Source: a virus (lineage: Duplodnaviria > Caudoviricetes). Taken from it: a DNA stretch of 31,009 bases. Of the stretch, positions 1-5,947 are shown one piece after another. The notes under the pieces are model-generated. The model did not search any database and was not told the DNA's origin. It worked only from the letters and a program-made list of their open reading frames with translations. The stretch spans positions 1 to 31,009 of the IMG/VR virus record IMGVR_UViG_3300042393_000213. One strand, given 5' to 3'. Within the stretch, counting starts at the first letter, position 1, and every line of letters begins with the position of its first letter. Both the position numbers and the translations under genes were made by a program.

Positions 1-127
1 ACATTAATTAATGCACTCATATTATTTATTTTTAAAATTTGCCTACTCTATATAGTTTTCAGCTTCCCTATTTTACTTTTAATAATTCATCTTTGACTAC
101 TTTAGTCATTTTATATTTGCCTTCAAT
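1..127 (+). repeat. Terminal direct repeat copy 1 (assembly overlap)
   Basis: Identical to 30883-31009. Confidence 0.95.
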
Positions 128-628
128 AGTTGCAATATTACCACCATTTTTTAAATATTCAATAGCTTTATTAAATTCAGGCGTATTTTTATTTAACCAT
201 TTTAAATTATCTGTAGCAGGTTCTTTATCGTGCTTATTAATTGCATCTGAATCTTGTGTATCATCAATTAAAAGTAAATTACCTAATGCGTATTTTTTTG
301 CGTAACTTGATGCAGAACCAAATTTTTGTGGCATTTGCATTCCTTTTTGTTCTAAATCAATACCTACTATAGCTGTTGCAGAAATAGAATCTAAATCATC
401 ATTAATAGAAGCTGTAGAACGCAACATTGGAAATTGTAAAAATTGTGATTCTTCTATTTGTTCTGTAATTGTAAAATTCACTTTGTATTTTTCATTAAAT
501 GGTTTTAATGCTTCTAATATATCTTCTGCACTTCTAAAATTGTATTTTCCAAAGCTGTTAAACTTTGACTTACTTGCTTTAAATTCTTTTTGAATTAAAG
601 ATAATTTTTGATTTAATGTTAATTCCAT
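68..628 (-). CDS. erf: ERF-family single-strand annealing protein
   Basis: N-terminal FGKYNFRSAEDILEALKP and ERF signature GSASSYAKKYAL...DD..DSD. Confidence 0.88.
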   Translation of the reverse strand: MELTLNQKLSLIQKEFKASKSKFNSFGKYNFRSAEDILEALKPFNEKYKVNFTITEQIEESQFLQFPMLRSTASINDDLDSISATAIVGIDLEQKGMQMPQKFGSASSYAKKYALGNLLLIDDTQDSDAINKHDKEPATDNLKWLNKNTPEFNKAIEYLKNGGNIATIEGKYKMTKVVKDELLKVK

Positions 629-630
629 TT

Positions 631-810
631 TTAATTATTTTTTGAATTGTAAATTTCTTTCTTAACTATTGTTTTGTATTCATCTGGACATTCTACATCT
701 GCAAGTTCAAAAATATATGTTTCTAGTGTTGCAATATGATGTTCTAGTTTGCAAATTTGTGCCTGTAATGCTTCCATTCTAAATCTGTTGTAGTCTAATA
801 AATCTTTCAT
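631..810 (-). CDS. Hypothetical 59-aa protein (MKDLLDYNRFRMEALQAQ...), not in ORF track
   Basis: Hand translation; tiles between the 29-aa peptide and erf with 1-2 nt gaps. Confidence 0.75.
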   Translation of the reverse strand: MKDLLDYNRFRMEALQAQICKLEHHIATLETYIFELADVECPDEYKTIVKKEIYNSKNN

Positions 811-811
811 C

Positions 812-901
812 TTAAATAAAGTTACTAATTAATAATTGCATTGTAAATAAACCCGCCCATAATAAAAGAGCTAATCCGAAATTCTTTAATGTTTGTTTCA
901 T
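812..901 (-). CDS. 29-aa hydrophobic membrane peptide MKQTLKNFGLALLLWAGLFTMQLLISNFI
   Basis: Hand translation; first ORF after the promoter at 932-939, A-rich leader. Confidence 0.6.
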   Translation of the reverse strand: MKQTLKNFGLALLLWAGLFTMQLLISNFI

Positions 902-931
902 AATGTTTGTTTTTAATTGTTATTTCTTCTG

Positions 932-993
932 CAAATATATAAATACATTTTAAATAAAAAACTATGATATAAAACTTTAACATAATTTTATGA
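932..993 (-). promoter_or_regulatory. Bacteroidota primary-sigma promoter (TATATTTG at 932-939) with upstream TGTTAAA/TCATAAA boxes
   Basis: Match to TAnnTTTG; intergenic, just downstream of a terminator. Confidence 0.7.
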
Positions 994-996
994 TAT

Positions 997-1029
997 AAAA
1001 AAACCCTGCATAATAAATACAGGGCTTTT
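997..1029 (-). terminator. Intrinsic terminator after ninG-like gene
   Basis: GCCCTGTA/TGCAGGGT stem followed by T7. Confidence 0.8.
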
Positions 1030-1053
1030 AGAAACAAAGAAAAACAAGAAACT

Positions 1054-1428
1054 TTACAAAGTGTTTACTTTTTCGGTATAATAATCTATTAACTCAATCA
1101 AATCTATATCTGCAAATTTAACTATTTGTTTTGATTTAATTTGTAATTCTTCTGATAAGTTATTACCAAGATATTGACTAAATTTATATTGTTCACCTGA
1201 ACGTGAAATATTGCACCCGTAACATTGAACTCCTACATTACGTTCATCCCATCTTGTTGAATAATGTGAACGTGATTGAAAATGACCGCATTGAAGTTTT
1301 TTATAATGATCTTTTTTACCACAAGTAACACAAGTAGCTATTTCATTAATAGCATCTTTACGCCTAATATATTGGCTAAAGATAGTATCTAATTTTGTTA
1401 CTAACGTTTTGCGTGATGGTTTTTTCAT
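1054..1428 (-). CDS. ninG: NinG/Rap-like HNH recombination endonuclease
   Basis: FSQYIRRKD, CVTC, QCGHFQSR, TRWDERN..QCYGCN motifs. Confidence 0.85.
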   Translation of the reverse strand: MKKPSRKTLVTKLDTIFSQYIRRKDAINEIATCVTCGKKDHYKKLQCGHFQSRSHYSTRWDERNVGVQCYGCNISRSGEQYKFSQYLGNNLSEELQIKSKQIVKFADIDLIELIDYYTEKVNTL

Positions 1429-1432
1429 TTGT

Positions 1433-1517
1433 CAAATGTAAATACAAGATATAAACAATCTTGTTAAAAAGTAAATTTAAGATATTGCAATATTGTCAAA
1501 AATAACCTGTAACTTTG
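1433..1517. promoter_or_regulatory. Back-to-back TAnnTTTG elements (minus TACATTTG 1433-1440; plus TAACTTTG 1510-1517) with palindromes between
   Basis: Motif matches; inverted repeat ACAAGAT-N7-ATCTTGT 1444-1464; palindrome ATATTGCAATAT 1482-1493. Confidence 0.5.
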
Positions 1518-1632
1518 CAAAATACTTTTTTTAAAATATATCAAAAAAACAAAATAAGTATATAAAAAATAAACAAAAAAAGTTTCTAAAATATAGAAAA
1601 AAAAGCAAACTGTGTTGCAGATAGCTATGCTT

Positions 1633-1767
1633 TTATCTTCCTTGACCTTTATAGATTTTTTTATAGTTCTTTGAAGATTTTAATTTAGAACTTTTACTTT
1701 TGCTATGAATATTTGGTCTTGAAATATGTTTATCTTCTTTTACAAGAACAATCGTTTGCTTCGCCAT
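1633..1767 (-). CDS. 44-aa highly basic peptide ending KKIYKGQGR, not in ORF track
   Basis: Hand translation MAKQTIVLVKEDKHISRPNIHSKSKSSKLKSSKNYKKIYKGQGR; overlaps spanin end. Confidence 0.75.
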   Translation of the reverse strand: MAKQTIVLVKEDKHISRPNIHSKSKSSKLKSSKNYKKIYKGQGR

Positions 1768-2231
1768 ATTAAATATAAAATTATTATTCCTAAAATAAAC
1801 CACAAATAAATAAAGTAATTAGCTTTTTTATCTATTTGCTTTTCTTTAATGTTTTCTTTAGTTGATGTTTTTATCTTACTATCAGTTTTAATGCGTTTTA
1901 AAGTGTTTTCTGATACTTTTATCTTATTGTTAGATAAAGTATTAGTTTTAGTTTTTTTATAGCTTAAAACAACGTTTTTATATGTTTTACCTTCTACAAT
2001 AAATTCTTTACAACTATCTAAAGGTTTAATTATAATTTCATCAATATCAATAATAGTTTTAATATTAGTTTCTGCAATAGAATCTTTAACTTTATTTTCA
2101 GTTAAATCTATTTTTGTTTCTATTAAACTATCTTTTTTAATTTCTACTTTTTTAACATCTACTTTACGTGATGCACAAGAAAATAAAAATGCACTACATA
2201 TGATATTAAGAAAAATAAACTTTGCTTTCAT
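1740..2231 (-). CDS. Spanin-like lipoprotein (probable unimolecular spanin)
   Basis: Lipobox-like LFSC after hydrophobic signal, C-terminal TM helix, directly after endolysin. Confidence 0.65.
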   Translation of the reverse strand: MKAKFIFLNIICSAFLFSCASRKVDVKKVEIKKDSLIETKIDLTENKVKDSIAETNIKTIIDIDEIIIKPLDSCKEFIVEGKTYKNVVLSYKKTKTNTLSNNKIKVSENTLKRIKTDSKIKTSTKENIKEKQIDKKANYFIYLWFILGIIILYLIWRSKRLFL

Positions 2232-2652
2232 ATAATCTTCTTCTTGTTAAACCTGCTACTTCTTTTTTATTTACTTTATTCCACTTTAAAAATTCTAATT
2301 CAATAGATTTATCATTGTGGTTAATGTTTACTTTTTTTAATAATGTGCTATTTGTAAAAGCAGCTATTCCAATATTATATGCTAATGAAACTAAAGCATT
2401 AAATTGATTTTGATTTAAAGGGCTTGTAACTAATTTAGAAACTTTACTTGCAAATTTATCTGCTATGTGTTTAAACATTTCAAACGCCTGTACTCTTGTA
2501 ATTGGTTTATCTAATAAAGTTACTTTTGTACCATTTGTATAGTATGTATTTCCAAATCCTATTGTTGGTACTTTTGCAGAACATAAATAAGGTTTAGCAC
2601 TAAAACCTTCAAACTCCGTAATAAGTAAATAACCACTATTATTTAGTTTCAT
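2206..2652 (-). CDS. Endolysin, GH24 phage lysozyme
   Basis: FEG...Y.C..KVPTIGFG, LNQNQFNALVSLAYNIG, GLTRRRLYE. Confidence 0.93.
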   Translation of the reverse strand: MKLNNSGYLLITEFEGFSAKPYLCSAKVPTIGFGNTYYTNGTKVTLLDKPITRVQAFEMFKHIADKFASKVSKLVTSPLNQNQFNALVSLAYNIGIAAFTNSTLLKKVNINHNDKSIELEFLKWNKVNKKEVAGLTRRRLYESKVYFS

Positions 2653-2812
2653 TGTTTTTATTTTTTTCCATTAAATACCATCTGCGTAAAGTATAACCTG
2701 AAGCAAACATAAATGCTAAAACTTTCATTGTAGCATCTACATTAGCAAAAGATATTGCAAAATACGTTCCTGTTAAAAGTGATAATTTCAAATCTAAAAA
2801 ATATTGTTTCAT
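2639..2812 (-). CDS. 57-aa two-TM protein, putative holin/antiholin, not in ORF track
   Basis: Hand translation MKQYFLDLKLSLLTGTYFAISFANVDATMKVLAFMFASGYTLRRWYLMEK...; overlaps both neighbours. Confidence 0.65.
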   Translation of the reverse strand: MKQYFLDLKLSLLTGTYFAISFANVDATMKVLAFMFASGYTLRRWYLMEKNKNNETK

Positions 2813-2991
2813 TTTCTTAATCGTTCTACTATATTGGTAACACCTTCAATTCCTATATAAGCTGTAGCAATAACAACCCAATCAGAAGAAGTTAACGTTT
2901 GATTAAATAAACCAATACAAGCAATTACGAAAACTAATAATTTTCTACTTATTAATTTATTTAAAATAACATCAAATTGTTGTCTGCTCAT
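2809..2991 (-). CDS. 60-aa two-TM protein, putative holin
   Basis: SRKLLVFVIACIGLF and WVVIATAYIGIEG hydrophobic segments; lysis cassette position. Confidence 0.65.
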   Translation of the reverse strand: MSRQQFDVILNKLISRKLLVFVIACIGLFNQTLTSSDWVVIATAYIGIEGVTNIVERLRK

Positions 2992-3142
2992 TTTTTATAT
3001 TTTGTATTTCATTGTAAATTTTTAATAACTCTTCTTGTTTTTCTTTTAATAATTCCTCAATAGTTTTTTGATTTTCTACTTCTATATATTCAACTTTTAC
3101 AAGTCCATTATCATCGTAAATTTCATTTCTAACTTGTGCCAT
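2972..3142 (-). CDS. 56-aa acidic coiled-coil protein, possible fibre chaperone, not in ORF track
   Basis: Hand translation MAQVRNEIYDDNGLVKVEYIEV...; follows fibre gene. Confidence 0.7.
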   Translation of the reverse strand: MAQVRNEIYDDNGLVKVEYIEVENQKTIEELLKEKQEELLKIYNEIQNIKNEQTTI

Positions 3143-3152
3143 AATTATAAAA

Positions 3153-3884
3153 TTAAATTGTTATTCCAACTAATGGAACAGGAGCGTTTGTTATTGTATA
3201 TCCAATTGAAAAAGGATTAGGTGGCGTTCCGTATGTATTTGTATTAAATATGCTTGATTGAACATTTGTAGCTAATATTGATAAAGGCATTAATGCTGTA
3301 GTACTTATTGATGTAAAAGTTGGTGTAGATGAACTATGCAAACCAATCCAATATATTGTTCCTGCTGTAAAAGTTTGATTAGTTGAAATTGTTTTTATTC
3401 CTGTTGTTGAACAATTAATATCTGCACTTGAATATAGTAAATTATTAGGTATTCCGTTTGTATCAGAATAAATAACAATCTTTGCTAAAGCACCTGAGAA
3501 TAATGCGTTTATATTAATATACATTGATGAACAGGTTAGTGTTTGATTTGGAATAAAAGGGTAAACATATAATCTATTTGCAACTCCTGCCGTTACTCCG
3601 GGAGCTGTTGAATTTACCATAGCAGTAATTGACCTTCCTGATGTTAATTTAGTAAATGCGTGAATACCTGATGCACCACCTGAACCACCACTAATAACTA
3701 AATCACCACTACCTAAAACAGAATTTCCATTAATAGTTTTTATATTTGTGCCACTAACTAATGTATCTTGCTTTTCAATGTAAATATCATCTATATTTTC
3801 ATTTACTTTCGCAATAACTATTTTTAAATTATCACCCGTTCCATCGTTTGGCGTTCTACCTATTTCAATATTCTTTTTAGGCAT
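3153..3884 (-). CDS. Putative tail fibre / receptor-binding protein
   Basis: N-terminal IG.TPNDGTGD.L....KVNEN motif, KQDTLVSGTNIKTING motif, Gly linker, beta-rich C-terminal domain. Confidence 0.65.
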   Translation of the reverse strand: MPKKNIEIGRTPNDGTGDNLKIVIAKVNENIDDIYIEKQDTLVSGTNIKTINGNSVLGSGDLVISGGSGGASGIHAFTKLTSGRSITAMVNSTAPGVTAGVANRLYVYPFIPNQTLTCSSMYININALFSGALAKIVIYSDTNGIPNNLLYSSADINCSTTGIKTISTNQTFTAGTIYWIGLHSSSTPTFTSISTTALMPLSILATNVQSSIFNTNTYGTPPNPFSIGYTITNAPVPLVGITI

Positions 3885-3912
3885 ATTAAATCAATGCTAA
3901 ATTAATTTTACT

Positions 3913-4047
3913 TTATTCTTTTTCTTCTAACTTTTGTTCTTCAAGTATTTTATTAAAAAATTGAATTAATTGCATACCATATTTAGTTGGCATTTCCTGA
4001 ATAAATAAGTTTAATTCTTTTAATTTTTCTTCACTTAAAATTAGCAT
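3913..4047 (-). CDS. Hypothetical 44-aa protein (MLILSEEKLKELNLFIQEMPTKYGMQLIQFF...), not in ORF track
   Basis: Hand translation; fills gap in fibre module. Confidence 0.7.
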   Translation of the reverse strand: MLILSEEKLKELNLFIQEMPTKYGMQLIQFFNKILEEQKLEEKE

Positions 4048-4051
4048 AATA

Positions 4052-4354
4052 TTATTTTAAAGTATTTGTAAAAACTATATCAGAATTTAATTGCTTTAAT
4101 TTAGCGATATAATTATCAGTTAATTCTATTAAAATATTTCCGTTAAAATCAGTATCTTCTTGTAAATCTGATAAAATACTAATCATTGATTCGTTGCAAA
4201 CAACTGACTGAATATAACCTTGTTGTACGCTTGTGCCATCTACTAATTTTTTACCCAAATAGTGATTGTAACTTACTGAAAGTAATTCAACTTTATTAGA
4301 CGTTTGAGTATCTTCTGAAAGACTTAAGAAAGATTTTTTGTTTAATTGTATCAT
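4052..4354 (-). CDS. Hypothetical protein in fibre module
   Basis: ORF track; tight packing. Confidence 0.7.
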   Translation of the reverse strand: MIQLNKKSFLSLSEDTQTSNKVELLSVSYNHYLGKKLVDGTSVQQGYIQSVVCNESMISILSDLQEDTDFNGNILIELTDNYIAKLKQLNSDIVFTNTLK

Positions 4355-4382
4355 TTTATTTATTTATTTAATTGTTTATTAA

Positions 4383-5144
4383 TTAAGCACTTGTTATTGT
4401 TTGCCAAGCAGATGCAGTTCTTACACATAATTTACCTAAAGTAGTATCATAAACTACTAATCCTGCTGCAGGTGAAGATATTGCATTTTTTTGTGTTGTT
4501 GTCATTCTTGGAAACAATATACCTTTAGTTGTAGATACTACTTCTAACATAGCAGAAGCGGCAGGTGTAGATGCACCTATAACAAGAGGAATATATGGTA
4601 TATTTACATTACCTGTTCCATTATCTACATTGAGATTATTAGTTCCAAAACCAAAAATACCTGTCGTTGGGTTATACTGCACTGTAGGTCCACCGCTTGT
4701 CCAAATTCTTTCGACACTACCATCACCTAATCCAAGTTTTATATCTCCAAAAACATCTAACTTATATGAAGGTGATGATGTTCCAATCCCCACGTTTCCA
4801 CTTCCCATTGTATTAGTATAAACATTTCCTGATTTAAAATATCCTGCAGGTCCGTTTGCTTGTATTTGAGGTCCATTACTAAAAGTAATTGTATCTATTC
4901 CTGAAGCATCATTATGTAATGAAAAATTTCCGTTTACATCTAATGCATCAGACCAAGAAGGAACTCCAATGCCCAAACTTGAAGCAATAGATACTTTAGC
5001 ATTATTTAGATATAAAGCACTTGAATTACCCATACCATCGGTTATCGGCCTTAAAGTAGAATCCAAAGGTGTGTTAATTGTAGTTCCTATATTTAAAAAT
5101 CCTTTGTAATTTGTGCCTATATTAGCACCTAATAAATTTGCCAT
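4383..5144 (-). CDS. Putative tail fibre/spike protein
   Basis: [18 protein letters not shown]-type repeats; C-terminal [30 protein letters not shown] motif. Confidence 0.65.
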   Translation of the reverse strand: MANLLGANIGTNYKGFLNIGTTINTPLDSTLRPITDGMGNSSALYLNNAKVSIASSLGIGVPSWSDALDVNGNFSLHNDASGIDTITFSNGPQIQANGPAGYFKSGNVYTNTMGSGNVGIGTSSPSYKLDVFGDIKLGLGDGSVERIWTSGGPTVQYNPTTGIFGFGTNNLNVDNGTGNVNIPYIPLVIGASTPAASAMLEVVSTTKGILFPRMTTTQKNAISSPAAGLVVYDTTLGKLCVRTASAWQTITSA

Positions 5145-5167
5145 TTTTTATATTTTTATTTAATTAA

Positions 5168-5374
5168 TTATCCCCAATTATCTGTTGTAGATTCGCCCCA
5201 ATTATTTGTTGTAGCTGTACCCCATAAACTCGCAACAAATCCTATAATATCTGTTTCTGAAGCGTAACTACTATAATAAGATTTACCCCAATTTATAGCA
5301 TTATTAACAGCACCTTTACCCCAATTTATTGTGTTGTTAATTGCACCTTGTCCCCAACCTATGTTATTTGCCAT
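5168..5374 (-). CDS. 68-aa WG-repeat probable virion protein
   Basis: Six WG dipeptides in 11-aa and 8-aa periodic repeats; 33-nt DNA repeat. Confidence 0.75.
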   Translation of the reverse strand: MANNIGWGQGAINNTINWGKGAVNNAINWGKSYYSSYASETDIIGFVASLWGTATTNNWGESTTDNWG

Positions 5375-5453
5375 TTTTCAATTTATTTAAAAAGATTTCT
5401 AATTTCTTTACATTAGTTTCTTTTGGTTTGTATGTTTCTTTTATAGTACCCAT
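5364..5453 (-). CDS. 29-aa basic peptide MGTIKETYKPKETNVKKLEIFLNKLKNGK, not in ORF track
   Basis: Hand translation; overlaps both neighbours. Confidence 0.5.
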   Translation of the reverse strand: MGTIKETYKPKETNVKKLEIFLNKLKNGK

Positions 5454-5941
5454 CCTGTAAAATTTGCATCTTTATCAGGGTAAACATCTGAATTTGAATT
5501 TAAATTATATTCAGGAAATAAAGATTGTTTAAAAGTCATATAGTCAATAAATCTATTTGTGTAGCTTTGTGCTGTATCACGTGATTTTTCAATCAAATAA
5601 TCTATTTCTGTTTTATCTACTACTGTACTATTTTCAGAATTATGTTTAAATACACCTTTCTCGCTTATTTTAATAGATGCATAAGGTAAAAACTCTACCA
5701 TAGTCCAATGTACTACCATCATTTTAATATAATCGCTTAAAAGCGTTGTATATGGACTTGCTAAATTACCTGCTACAATTCCATCGTTAATTTTATTATA
5801 TAATTTAGTACCTAAATAATTTTGTATGTGAACCTGTTGTGCTTGAAAAATATATTGTGTATATGTATCAGGGTCAACATTACCATTTAAAATAGTATAT
5901 TTAACTAAATCGTTTGTTGTTATAAATAATGCTTTTGCCAT
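5441..5941 (-). CDS. Putative head-tail adaptor / head completion protein
   Basis: Directly after portal; helical pattern AQQVHIQNYLGTKLY. Confidence 0.6.
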   Translation of the reverse strand: MAKALFITTNDLVKYTILNGNVDPDTYTQYIFQAQQVHIQNYLGTKLYNKINDGIVAGNLASPYTTLLSDYIKMMVVHWTMVEFLPYASIKISEKGVFKHNSENSTVVDKTEIDYLIEKSRDTAQSYTNRFIDYMTFKQSLFPEYNLNSNSDVYPDKDANFTGWVL

Positions 5942-5947
5942 TTCTTA

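Noticed and set aside
825-1037. 70-aa minus ORF
   Set aside because: Runs through a terminator and promoter; the 812-901 ORF in another frame fits the layout better
5161-5188. Additional late-promoter copies here and at 3140-3161
   Set aside because: Spacer is 14 nt in one case and the downstream box overlaps the start codon in the other; not counted
5280-5370. CRISPR-like or mini-array repeat
   Set aside because: The 33-nt periodicity is in-frame coding repetition of the WG protein, with no unique spacers
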